DNA from: an uncultured Anaeromyxobacteraceae bacterium
GTDB taxonomy: Bacteria > Myxococcota_A > UBA9042 > DTJE01
Assembly (NCBI GenBank): GCA_964470365.1
Contig: CAYYCO010000004.1
Span: 15,359-79,358, forward strand
Direction: 5' to 3'
DNA: 64,000 bases
The translations under genes were made by a program, and so were the position numbers. Shown here piece after piece: positions 18,007 through 27,543 of the stretch (positions are counted from its first letter, which is position 1; each line of letters starts with the position of its first letter). Below the pieces are notes generated by a model. The model ran no database searches, was not told where the DNA came from, and saw nothing but the letters and a program-made list of their open reading frames with translations.

Positions 18007-19770
18007 ATGGAAGGCGTACGTACACACAATTGCGGCGAGTTACGGGCGAAGGATGCCGGCGCGGCGGTCATGATGCAGGGCTGGGCGGCCAGCGTCAGGG
18101 ACCACGGGGGATGCGCGTTCATCAACCTGCGTGACCGGTTCGGGACGACGCAGGTCAAATTTGACCAGGCCACGGCCCCGGCGGCGTTCGCGACAGCGGT
18201 CGGCGTCAAGGCGGAATCGGTTATCCAGGTGCGCGGTGTGGTGGTCAGCCGCGGCGCCAACGCCAACGCGAAGATCCCGACCGGCGAAATCGAAGTCGAT
18301 GCGGATTCGATCGAGATTCTAAGCGTGTCGAAGCCGCTGCCATTCCAGATCGCGGACGATGTGGACGCCCAGGAAGTGACGCGCCTGAAGTACCGTTACC
18401 TGGACCTGCGCCGCGGCCCGCTGAATTCGGGGATCGTGATGCGTTCCAGGGTGTGCAAGCTGATCCGCGACTTCCTGCAGACCCAGGATTTCCTGGAAAT
18501 CGAAACGCCGATCCTGATGAAAAGCACGCCGGAAGGCGCCCGCGACTTCCTGGTCCCGTCCCGCGTGCATCCCGGCCAGTTCTACGCGCTGCCGCAGTCG
18601 CCCCAGACGTTCAAGCAGTTGCTGATGGTTTCCGGGTTCGACCGGTACTATCAGATCGCGCGCTGCTTCCGCGACGAGGACCTGCGCGCCGATCGCCAGC
18701 CGGAATTCACCCAGATCGACATGGAAATTTCGTTCGCGATCCCCGAACTGATTTACGAAATCATCGAGGGTATGCTGAAACACGTCTGGAAGAATGCGCT
18801 GGGCATCGACATCCAGACCCCGTTCCGCCGCATGCCTTACAGTCAGGCCATGGAACAGTACGGTTCGGACAAACCGGACCTGCGGTTCGGCATGGAAATG
18901 GTCACCATCACGGATCTGGTCGCCAATTCCGGGTTCAAGGTGTTCACGGACGTGGCGGCTGCGGGCGGCGTGGTCACGGCCATCACGGTCCCGAACGCGG
19001 AATCGTGGTCCCGCAAGGACATCGATGGACTGACCCAGGTCGCGACCGACAACGGCGCGAAGGGTCTGGCGTGGTTCAAGCTGGCCGCGGACGGCTGGCA
19101 GGGCTCGGCCGCCAAATTCCTGACCGACGACGACAAGGCGGCGATCGCCGGGGCGCTCGGCGCGGCCGTGGGCGACATGATCCTGGTCGTGGCGGACACC
19201 CGTCCGGCCAAGGCGCGGCAGGCGATGGGCGCGGTCCGCCTGAAGGTCGGCGACAGGATGGGCCTGCGCGACCCGAAGAAGATGGCGTTCCTGTGGGTCA
19301 CGGAATTCCCGATGTTCGAATGGGATGACGAATCGCAGCGCCCGACCGCGACGCACCACCCGTTCACGGCGCCGGTGCCCGAAGACCTGCCGATACTGGA
19401 AAGCGACCCGCTGAAGGTGCGCGCGCGCGCCTATGACGTGGTCCTGAACGGCACCGAACTTGGCGGCGGTTCGATTCGAATCCATTCGTCGGAAGTGCAG
19501 AAACGTGTGTTCAAGGCGCTGCGGATTTCAGATGAATCGGCCCGCGTGAAGTTCGGGTTCCTGCTGGACGCATTCGAATACGGCCCGCCCCCGCACGGCG
19601 GCATCGCGCTGGGCCTGGACCGCATGATCATGCTGATGGTCGGCGCCCCGTCGATCCGCGACGTGATCGCCTTCCCCAAAACCACCAGCGCGTCCGACCT
19701 GATGACCGACTCCCCGTCCGACGTGGACGAGGACCAGTTGAAAGACCTGCACATCGCCGTCAGGAAGTGA
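18007..19770 (+). CDS. aspS: Aspartate--tRNA ligase
   Basis: [61 protein letters not shown]. Confidence 0.97.
   Translation: MEGVRTHNCGELRAKDAGAAVMMQGWAASVRDHGGCAFINLRDRFGTTQVKFDQATAPAAFATAVGVKAESVIQVRGVVVSRGANANAKIPTGEIEVDADSIEILSVSKPLPFQIADDVDAQEVTRLKYRYLDLRRGPLNSGIVMRSRVCKLIRDFLQTQDFLEIETPILMKSTPEGARDFLVPSRVHPGQFYALPQSPQTFKQLLMVSGFDRYYQIARCFRDEDLRADRQPEFTQIDMEISFAIPELIYEIIEGMLKHVWKNALGIDIQTPFRRMPYSQAMEQYGSDKPDLRFGMEMVTITDLVANSGFKVFTDVAAAGGVVTAITVPNAESWSRKDIDGLTQVATDNGAKGLAWFKLAADGWQGSAAKFLTDDDKAAIAGALGAAVGDMILVVADTRPAKARQAMGAVRLKVGDRMGLRDPKKMAFLWVTEFPMFEWDDESQRPTATHHPFTAPVPEDLPILESDPLKVRARAYDVVLNGTELGGGSIRIHSSEVQKRVFKALRISDESARVKFGFLLDAFEYGPPPHGGIALGLDRMIMLMVGAPSIRDVIAFPKTTSASDLMTDSPSDVDEDQLKDLHIAVRK
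19577..19770 (+). repeat. Left copy of ~194 bp imperfect direct repeat (aspS 3' end)
   Basis: Aligns ungapped with 24003-24196 (offset 4426). Confidence 0.95.
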
Positions 19771-19824
19771 CGGTGGGGGTCGGTTCCGGGTTAACCAGAT
19801 CTTCGAAATCCCAGGAAGTTCAGT

Positions 19825-20769
19825 TCAGTTGATATCGATGGGGATCACGTAGGCCTCAGGTGTGATGTCCGTTGCGATGTTCATCAATACGGTGCCGTTG
19901 GTGCAACCGGCCCCGGGGGCAATTTGCAGGCTGATTATGACAGGAATAAATTGCGCCGGCCCCAGCGTGTGCGGAAGGTAGGACCCGCTGTTCTGGGGAA
20001 ATTCCGCGCTGACCGGGCAGGTATTCATGCGACAGTCTGTGCCCAGATAGCCGGAACAGTCGAGCCAGGCGTCGGAAATCACGAATGGAACCTGACCGCT
20101 GTTCCTGATGGTCAGCGTGGCAAGAAATTCGTCCTGGATACTGTCGAATTGGAAGCGGACCTCTGCAGGTATGGATTCCATCCATGGAATGTCGGCGCCC
20201 CCTGTGACGGCTAGCGGGGCCAACTGGGTGCGGTCAGCACTGATCTGGATCGCGCCCAGGTCACGGATCGCTGAATCCTCACCGGTTGCTTTCCATGAAA
20301 ACTCGAGGCTCAGTTGACCTCCAACGTCCAGCGTACTTTCCCCAAGCGGACTCACCGACAGGCCCTGATCCCACCCGCCCAGCTTCTGAGCGGTCACAAC
20401 GATGGCGTGTCCTGATATGTTGACTATATCGACTGAAGAAGTCGCTGTCAGTCCAGAACGAACCCATCCGAAGTCCACGCCTGCCGGGGAGACCTCGATC
20501 TGAGGCCCTTCGGTCAGTTCGTCAGTCGAGGTGTCCGATGGAATAACGGAGTCGGACTCTGCCGCGTCATGTGCATCCATACAGGCATCGCCACCCCCAT
20601 CCACGTGGCACTCGACTGTGGCATCGGCCACGCAGTCGTGTCCCGCTGTTGAGCCCGCGCCGCATCCCGACATCAAGCCTACCAGCAAAATGTTCAAGAA
20701 GGCATTCCAGCCGGTTACATCAATTGGACGTCCAGAAGGAAATGCAGACTGTCCAGTCAGTATTCGCAT
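19825..20769 (-). CDS. Lipoprotein with two Ig-like (ASH/choice-of-anchor-D-like) domains
   Basis: Lipobox LMSGC, acidic linker, IEVSPAGVDFG..DIVN and IPAEVRF..LTIRNSG Ig-like signatures. Start uncertain. Confidence 0.55.
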   Translation of the reverse strand: MRILTGQSAFPSGRPIDVTGWNAFLNILLVGLMSGCGAGSTAGHDCVADATVECHVDGGGDACMDAHDAAESDSVIPSDTSTDELTEGPQIEVSPAGVDFGWVRSGLTATSSVDIVNISGHAIVVTAQKLGGWDQGLSVSPLGESTLDVGGQLSLEFSWKATGEDSAIRDLGAIQISADRTQLAPLAVTGGADIPWMESIPAEVRFQFDSIQDEFLATLTIRNSGQVPFVISDAWLDCSGYLGTDCRMNTCPVSAEFPQNSGSYLPHTLGPAQFIPVIISLQIAPGAGCTNGTVLMNIATDITPEAYVIPIDIN

Positions 20770-23700
20770 ATCTTGTTTGCCTCGCCAAGACCGATGTCAA
20801 TCGCCCTGAACCCAAGCCAATGCGAGCACACAGGATGTGACCAGATTTGCAGCTCGGCAATTTCTCCGTCGATGGTTTGCTGGTGGGTTGAATCGGAGCC
20901 AATGGTTACGGAACCGGGATTACTTGCCGGCTGGACGCCATATGCGACGTCAATGATTTCCCATTCATCCGCGTCCGCCCCGCCCGTTTCTGATATTAGC
21001 AAGGCCGAATAGTAAGTTGAGTGAAGGACAAATACGAGGCTATACCACACACCCGCGAGAATCTGGTAGGTTCCGACCCCACCGATCTCCGCCCCCCCAG
21101 GAACCCATGCCACCAGGTTGGCCGTCGACTGACCCGATGGAACAACTGCAACGTTGTAGTGCCCCGAACCGACCAGGGACACCGTCGACGGACTGATTGA
21201 ATCGAGCTTGAAACGCATCATTATTGAGAAACCGCGGTAAGTGTACGTCCCTGACACACCTAAACCGGTAGCCGAAATTTGACTGCTCGCCGGAATTGCG
21301 AAAAATTGCCCAGAACCGGGCCCACCGAAAGTCAGGGAGTAGCCAGGATCATCTGGCGAACTGCCGGGAGGCGGATTCGAAGGCCCCGTGATCCCGTAGG
21401 ATCCGGATGACCCGCTTCCAAAGCCAGACCCATCAATCGGGCCAGCGCTCGAAAAGGAACTTCCGTAGGCTAAGAATGCGTTGGTGCTTGGCGGGACTGT
21501 ATGGCATGCCGACTTCCCATCGCTGAAGATGTCTTTCCATTCATCAGTATCCTCCAGTACGCTATAATAACCGTTCCAGTTGAAGTCGTACGCATAAGGT
21601 TCATCAGGGCTGGCCGGGGTGTCGGGATCTGCATCGAAATCGATGGAACATACCCCCCCACCGCATTCAGGACTTGAGAACTGGTCCAGAAGCGCCCACC
21701 GTCCCCAGGCGCACCACCAATTTGTCGAGAGAGTTTCAGAATGGCCGGTCTCGAAGATTTCGGCTTCATCAAGTGGCGGTTCGCCACCGCGGCTGAATCG
21801 CGCGAAGTAAGAATTTGATTCGGCTGGCGAACCACAGTTGATGGCGCATTCGCGAATCATTGAGGTGCAGCGGCCCTCGACACATGCGCCATAACTGCAG
21901 TCGTCATCGAGGTGGCAGGTCGGGCCACATATGCCGGGTTCACAATCTTGATCAGAACTGCAGGTCGAACCGAATGTAGAAGGATAGCCGGTTTTCCGTG
22001 CCATCAGGCCCGAAGTCCCGTAGAAGTAGTTGCTAATCGAGACTCTATTGGGAATGTCGGTGTCGAGAGAAACTCCAAGACAATGTCCAATCTCATGGGA
22101 GGCTGACTCGGCTGAGTAGTAGGCATTTGCTGTTTCAGACATGAGCGGCCGGGTTGACGGGTACACCGATAACTCGTACACGTTTTCGCCACGGTCATAG
22201 AAGTGATCGGAAAACAGGAACTGAAATATTTTCGAATACCTTCTGGCTGAATAGAAGTACTTGTTGAAGAAGGCGCTTGCTGCATGAACCGTATATCTTT
22301 GGTAAAGCAACTCGCCCGGGATTGGGGAGCTCGTAAATACATGGAGTTTTGTATGATATTCAAGACTGGAATCATTCGGGCAGGCGCCAGAAGAAATGAG
22401 GGCTTCAGATTGTCTGCATTCCAATGGTTCCAACGCGAAAGTGTAGTTGAGATAAGCTATTGCAAGCTCACCGAGCGTGTGTTCGTGGACGGTTCCTGAA
22501 ATGTATCCATAAGGGTCCGATGTCCCTGCAGCCTGAACGTAGATGTCATACACCGTGGGGTCGGGATTGTCCATCGATGAAAGGGGGAGCTTCTGACAAT
22601 AGGAACATGTTGAACTCATCGTCGCATCGGAGCATGTTCCAGCGCTCCATAGTGGCGAAACAGGGGTCTTCTGACATGACTTCTGCATACCGTAGACTTC
22701 GGCGAAGTCTGAAGCACCGTCCGAGTCGCTGTCTTGCGGTACAAAGTGTGCATAGGCCGCAAACTTTCTGCCGTAGGTTGTTGAACAATTTGAAGATGGT
22801 CCGCTTGAATCGTCACATGTTCCGAGTACGCTCTCGATTTCCCTCGACAGGCCATCGCCGTCACAGTCGGAATACAGCAATGTTGAAGGACAAACGGCAG
22901 TTCCCCAGCCCGATTTTCTAACATGGAACAACCGAGCGTTCATGACGGCGTCAGCGACGTCGGCCCCGACAACTACCGAGGCGGCACTGGCAGTCCATGG
23001 AACCGAGTAGACACGGCTTAGCGTGCCGATGTCATCATCATTAAATACGTATGAACCGCAACTTCCACTGGAGCAAGACAGCGTCGAATTGTTGAACACG
23101 TACAGAACGGAATCCGCGTATGATGATGGATTGAACGACAAGTCACTAGATTCCGTATTTTTTCCAACAAAAATCTGGTCCCCTGCCCTGACGGGTTTGG
23201 AAAGAAGCTCCCATCCGCCAAACGCGGTGTCATTGAGGGATAGAAGTGTAGTTCCATTTTCCTTCAAAGAAATGTCACAGGTGCCGTGATTGTTACTCAT
23301 ATACCCGTGTACGAGGAATGTCACGAACTTGTCCTCTGAAACTGAGAATGTCACCTTCGACGCGAAGCTATTGGCCGTCCAGTCATCGTTCACAGCAACA
23401 AGGGTTCCAGAAGATTCGTCGATGACCCTAATGACTGTGTCTGGAACATTTGACTCGCCAGTCAGGGCCTTGAGGTCGGACGTCTGGATTTCATAGGTTC
23501 TGCCCGCATATGCCGCGAAGAATCCCCGATATATCTTGCGAACTCCAGTATTCTTGCAGATTGGTTTGTAGGTGCCTCCTGAACAAGAGAATACCGTCGT
23601 AACACCCGATGTTTGACTATCGGGGAGCGCGTTATCCCCGGCCAGCTGTAGTTCGAGGGGTGTGTCAAGCCCTTTGGCCCTTAAAGATTCGGAGCCATAT

Positions 23701-23942
23701 TCATATGGGTCGGCATCCGTATCAGGTAACCATTCGCCTAATGCCTGCGAGTAAATGTCTGATATTGACTGGATCTCATTTTCGATCAATGACAAACACT
23801 TCGCATCATACTTGTGGCACGTCGATTTTATTAGGATGGTCTGTTCTGCCACGAGGTCTGGATCGCTGTAGGAAACCCCAGCTACTGAAGTGCTCCAAAT
23901 CATTACTGCGAGTACTGTCATGTCAGTCTTGCGAGATACCAT
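20757..23942 (-). CDS. Large secreted mosaic protein: PPC-like domains, DxDxDG Ca-binding repeats, HExxH zincin-like motif, Cys-rich module, LamG-like C-terminus
   Basis: 1061 aa ORF with [97 protein letters not shown]. Confidence 0.6.
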   Translation of the reverse strand: MVSRKTDMTVLAVMIWSTSVAGVSYSDPDLVAEQTILIKSTCHKYDAKCLSLIENEIQSISDIYSQALGEWLPDTDADPYEYGSESLRAKGLDTPLELQLAGDNALPDSQTSGVTTVFSCSGGTYKPICKNTGVRKIYRGFFAAYAGRTYEIQTSDLKALTGESNVPDTVIRVIDESSGTLVAVNDDWTANSFASKVTFSVSEDKFVTFLVHGYMSNNHGTCDISLKENGTTLLSLNDTAFGGWELLSKPVRAGDQIFVGKNTESSDLSFNPSSYADSVLYVFNNSTLSCSSGSCGSYVFNDDDIGTLSRVYSVPWTASAASVVVGADVADAVMNARLFHVRKSGWGTAVCPSTLLYSDCDGDGLSREIESVLGTCDDSSGPSSNCSTTYGRKFAAYAHFVPQDSDSDGASDFAEVYGMQKSCQKTPVSPLWSAGTCSDATMSSTCSYCQKLPLSSMDNPDPTVYDIYVQAAGTSDPYGYISGTVHEHTLGELAIAYLNYTFALEPLECRQSEALISSGACPNDSSLEYHTKLHVFTSSPIPGELLYQRYTVHAASAFFNKYFYSARRYSKIFQFLFSDHFYDRGENVYELSVYPSTRPLMSETANAYYSAESASHEIGHCLGVSLDTDIPNRVSISNYFYGTSGLMARKTGYPSTFGSTCSSDQDCEPGICGPTCHLDDDCSYGACVEGRCTSMIRECAINCGSPAESNSYFARFSRGGEPPLDEAEIFETGHSETLSTNWWCAWGRWALLDQFSSPECGGGVCSIDFDADPDTPASPDEPYAYDFNWNGYYSVLEDTDEWKDIFSDGKSACHTVPPSTNAFLAYGSSFSSAGPIDGSGFGSGSSGSYGITGPSNPPPGSSPDDPGYSLTFGGPGSGQFFAIPASSQISATGLGVSGTYTYRGFSIMMRFKLDSISPSTVSLVGSGHYNVAVVPSGQSTANLVAWVPGGAEIGGVGTYQILAGVWYSLVFVLHSTYYSALLISETGGADADEWEIIDVAYGVQPASNPGSVTIGSDSTHQQTIDGEIAELQIWSHPVCSHWLGFRAIDIGLGEANKICEY

Positions 23943-24002
23943 CGTGCGGCCTCCATGAAGTGCTTTTCGGAATTCATATTAGCGAGATCGGGGACTCAGC
24001 AC

Positions 24003-24196
24003 AATACGGTCCGCCTCCGCACGGCGGCATCGCGCTGGGACTGGACCGCATGATCATGCTTATGACCGGCGCGTCATCGATCCGCGACGTGATCGCCTTC
24101 CCCAAAACCACCAGCGCGTCCGACCTGATGACCGATTCCCCGTCCGACGTGGACGAAGACCAGCTCAAAGACCTGCACATCGGCATCAGGAAGTAG
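24003..24196 (+). pseudogene. aspS: Second, promoterless copy of the aspS 3' end (~64 codons plus stop)
   Basis: [63 protein letters not shown]. About 18 differences in 195 nt versus aspS. Confidence 0.92.
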
Positions 24197-24286
24197 GGCT
24201 GTCAGCGGCCTGGCCGCCGATTGACATCACAACGAAACTGTCATCGCCTAGCGAATCCCGGTGTGCCGGGGACGTTTCTGTATCTG

Positions 24287-24994
24287 TCAGCACCACGTCC
24301 GTTCTTCCACGGCGGGGACACATGACGGTGAAATCGAGTCGAATTCGATCGTACGGGGCAGGTAACAGCCTTCGGCGTCGTTTTCGTCGTCCCCGGACAG
24401 TTTTTCAAGCCGGATGCCTGTCAATTCGATTTCGTATCGGTTCAGTCCAGCTTCAACAATGACCATCGTGCCCGCGGTGACCTGGTATTCCACATTACCT
24501 GCCGGAGTCCGGACCCAGGCCGCCGTGTCCGAAACAACTGCCACATCGTAAGTGCTTCCGACATCGGGAAGACCATCGGTCCCGCATTCAAGCGACACGA
24601 AAAAGCCGGCGGACACCTTGTCGCAGCCCGCCGATTCCGACGGGATGTTCACGGACAGGTAAACAAGCCAGTTGTCCCGGAGCCATTCGCCATGCGCCGT
24701 ATCGGGATCAAAGCATGCGGGATCGCCGATTTCGCCGCCGTTGGTACTGCATGAGTACCGGAATTCTTCGAGGGTCAGGCCGTCCGAGACAGCGTTATCG
24801 CCGAACAGAACGGATGTTTCAATCGGGCCGCCTTCCGTGACGCACCGACCGAACTTTTCCACGACACCGCCGCAATCCGCGCACGCCGAAAGCGTTGCCA
24901 CCAGCATAATCAAGTCGGCGAGCGCCGACGCACGAAGATTTACCGAATGCCGCGCACGGGGCAATTCCCTGTCAGGATTCCGAGTGTCCAACAT
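24287..24994 (-). CDS. Hypothetical Cys-containing lipoprotein
   Basis: Hydrophobic stretch ending TLSAC, several Cys. GAGG SD before the ATG at 24994. Confidence 0.55.
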   Translation of the reverse strand: MLDTRNPDRELPRARHSVNLRASALADLIMLVATLSACADCGGVVEKFGRCVTEGGPIETSVLFGDNAVSDGLTLEEFRYSCSTNGGEIGDPACFDPDTAHGEWLRDNWLVYLSVNIPSESAGCDKVSAGFFVSLECGTDGLPDVGSTYDVAVVSDTAAWVRTPAGNVEYQVTAGTMVIVEAGLNRYEIELTGIRLEKLSGDDENDAEGCYLPRTIEFDSISPSCVPAVEERTWC

Positions 24995-25041
24995 GATGAC
25001 GCCTCTTTGATGCACAACCCGTGACGGCACAATCACCGTCA

Positions 25042-25353
25042 CTACGGAGCACACTCTTTGCCGCCAGTTCCTAAGTCACATTCCAACGGACGTTCAATCA
25101 CGAGCAGTTGCAGCTCCGCGCGAAGGACGTCGATGCATTCGCGCATCCGGCGATGCTGGTATGTTTCGGCCATAACGTCCCATTGTTCCGGCCCGATTGG
25201 CCCCAGGTCATCGACGTCGATCCGCATCGACCCGACGAAATTAGGCATGTCCGCCGGCGCCAACCGGCGGTAACAGATGATGTCCAGCATCGCACGAACC
25301 GGATCGGCCACCAGCGCGTGCTGGCCGGAAAATTCATGCCTGCCGACGGCCAT
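25042..25353 (-). pseudogene. C-terminal remnant of an AbiEi-like (type IV TA antitoxin) protein
   Basis: ALVADPVRAMLDIICYRR..SMRIDVDDL resembles the AbiEi C-terminal A(S/T)PE(K/R)ALxD..LRI pattern. No N-terminal wHTH and no AbiEii partner. Confidence 0.45.
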
Positions 25354-25445
25354 TGGGCCAGGTCCGAGTGTGCAGGAACATGCAAACCAGTTCCAGTGGA
25401 ATTGCACGGGTGGTATCCTGCCCCCGGCGGTCCGCGGGAGTCTTG

Positions 25446-26765
25446 ATGTTTCCCATACCAACGCCCCATGAAATTCGAAAAATATTCAGTGTTCCCGGCA
25501 GGTTTGAAGCGGCGACCTGTCGCGGGCGAAATCGCGGAATCGAGGTGTTCGGGGTTCTGAACACCGCCGGCAGGCCTGAAAACCTTGGAATTACCGTCTG
25601 CCACCCGGAACAGGCCCACGACGCGCCGTTTGTGACAGACGACTTTGCCATGGCATGGTCGCCCGCGCGCAGGGAAGCTTCGTCGGACATGGAACTTCAG
25701 AAAGACGTCCGGATGCTTCTTCCAGAGGTCGCGGAAAGAATCAAGGATGCCGCCTGGCTTCGGTATCTGGTCGACGCGCCCACGAATGCCGTGGCTTCGT
25801 GGTCGTTCACGCCTGCCGGACTGCCATGCGTCCTGACCGACGAAATGATCGCCGCGACACAAGGGCCGTCGGACCTCGATATCCGCGTCCAACTGCATTC
25901 GAACTGCGTCCAGAAATGCCTTTTCTGCCCGGTCACCAGTCCGGCATATTCCGAACAGGATCAGGCCGGCGACCTTTCCTTCATAACTGAGCTCGCCCGA
26001 CGCGTCGTCGTCCCGGCCAGGCGTAACGGACTGTTCACGACATTCAGGCTGGACTCCGACGATCTGTCATCGCACAGATACCTGCGTTCGATTATGGAAG
26101 TGGTTTACGAATCGGCCGGCTGTCCGCTTCATTTCGTCGTTCCGGCCAACCGGCTCGCATCGTCGGCCGTCGCCGGGGCGTTTGCCAGGCTGCCGGGGCT
26201 TGTCGGTCTGTCCACGACGATCTTGGGGGCCACGGCCGCAACTCACGACCTGGTGGCAGGTCGGCCCGGGGCGTTTGCCGAAACGGTCCGGGCCCTGAAA
26301 AACATCTCTTCACTGCCGTTGCAGGTTCAGGGGCACATGGTGCTGACTTCGGACGCGTGCGGTGAAATCGGGCCAACGGCAGCGATAATTGCCCACTTTG
26401 GTATCGACGTGCTGATTCAGTGCCTGATCGCCGACTGCTGGCGACATGAAGTCGTCCTGCCCCGGGTCACCCCGGACCTCGAAACCGTCCGACACGGCAT
26501 GGAAAAAGCTTGCGAACAGCTTCTGGACGCATCGGCAACAGTGAACGTGCGCCTGTCGGATTTCCCGGTGTGCGCAATTCCGTCCGCATTGCGTCACCTG
26601 GCGTGCGATGAGCATCCGCGGGAAAGCCTTTTCAAATACCGGCTTCCGGACGAGTGTGGCGCCTGTGTTCACCGGGAAAGCTGCATCGGACTTTCTTCTG
26701 TGTATCTGGATCGTTTCGGCGCCAGCGGTATTCGCCCGGAAGCGCGTCATACAAGCGGCCGTTAA
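25446..26765 (+). CDS. Radical SAM superfamily protein with C-terminal Cys cluster
   Basis: CVQKCLFC (CX3CX2C), ATHDLVAGRPGAFAETV, DFPVC, terminal CGACVHRESCIG..Y..FG. GGGAG SD. Confidence 0.7.
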   Translation: MFPIPTPHEIRKIFSVPGRFEAATCRGRNRGIEVFGVLNTAGRPENLGITVCHPEQAHDAPFVTDDFAMAWSPARREASSDMELQKDVRMLLPEVAERIKDAAWLRYLVDAPTNAVASWSFTPAGLPCVLTDEMIAATQGPSDLDIRVQLHSNCVQKCLFCPVTSPAYSEQDQAGDLSFITELARRVVVPARRNGLFTTFRLDSDDLSSHRYLRSIMEVVYESAGCPLHFVVPANRLASSAVAGAFARLPGLVGLSTTILGATAATHDLVAGRPGAFAETVRALKNISSLPLQVQGHMVLTSDACGEIGPTAAIIAHFGIDVLIQCLIADCWRHEVVLPRVTPDLETVRHGMEKACEQLLDASATVNVRLSDFPVCAIPSALRHLACDEHPRESLFKYRLPDECGACVHRESCIGLSSVYLDRFGASGIRPEARHTSGR

Positions 26766-26781
26766 TTCCATTCAGGAATCG

Positions 26782-27471
26782 TCACCGGCGCAGGGATCTG
26801 AAGAAAAGCAGGACTCGGGCGAGTTTGACCAGGGGAATCATCATCATGGGGGCGACGTGGTTGGACGGGCGGCACCTGATGCACGTTTCGATGTGGTCGG
26901 CGGCCTGTTCGACCGTCATCATCATGGGCTGGACCGATCCCTTGGCCATCTTGGTCCGGATGTACCCGAACCTGACGTTGGTCACGGCCAAGCCCCTGCG
27001 GCGGACCACCCGATCCAGCGACAGCATGTACCGCGTGAACCCGGCCTTTGACCCGGAATATGCGGGCGAATACGGGCTGTTCAGTTCGTCCGCCAGGCTG
27101 GATATGCCGATGAAGTGGCCGTTTTTGCGTTCAATCATACCGGGAATGACGGCGGCCGCGGTTTTCACCATCCCCATCAGGTTGACGTCGAACACGGTCA
27201 CGTCGCGTTCCAGGTGCGCCAGGTCGATTTTGTCGCCGATGCCCGCGCAGTAAATGCAGACGTCCGGTCGCATCGTTTCCGCGAGCCCGGCGATTTGGGC
27301 CGGGTATTCGGGCGCGGTCACGTCGCAGACCCGGTGGGTGTACGACGAATCGTCGATCGGCGACGGACTGCGCGAAATGCCCGCTGTTTCCCAGCCCGCG
27401 GCCAGCAGCCTGCGCGTGACCGCCAGCCCGATGCCATCCGAATTACCGATGAGTATTACCTTTTTTTCCAT
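26782..27471 (-). CDS. SDR-family oxidoreductase
   Basis: IGNSDGIGLA, YCAGI, ISSLA, YSGSK catalytic motif. Confidence 0.88.
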   Translation of the reverse strand: MEKKVILIGNSDGIGLAVTRRLLAAGWETAGISRSPSPIDDSSYTHRVCDVTAPEYPAQIAGLAETMRPDVCIYCAGIGDKIDLAHLERDVTVFDVNLMGMVKTAAAVIPGMIERKNGHFIGISSLADELNSPYSPAYSGSKAGFTRYMLSLDRVVRRRGLAVTNVRFGYIRTKMAKGSVQPMMMTVEQAADHIETCIRCRPSNHVAPMMMIPLVKLARVLLFFRSLRR

Positions 27472-27543
27472 GCCGTCACCTGTCCGCAAGCAAGGTCGGG
27501 GGCATCGGGAAAGTCCGTTGCGCCGTCGACCGGTCAATCCGGA

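Larger units (their letters stand above)
19771..24002. mobile_element. Lower-GC island between duplicated aspS 3' ends (no integrase seen)
   Basis: Flanked by direct repeats. Visibly AT-richer: I counted 27/60 GC in the line at 23041 versus 45/60 in the aspS line at 19201. Two cargo genes lie on the opposite strand. Confidence 0.6.

Noticed and set aside
19771-24002. Prophage, integron or integrase-driven island
   Set aside because: No tyrosine/serine recombinase, transposase, attC-like or phage genes are visible. Kept only as a repeat-flanked island.
23609-24196. 195-aa ORF as a real gene
   Set aside because: Only its last ~64 codons are meaningful (aspS copy). The rest is antisense to the 1061-aa gene.
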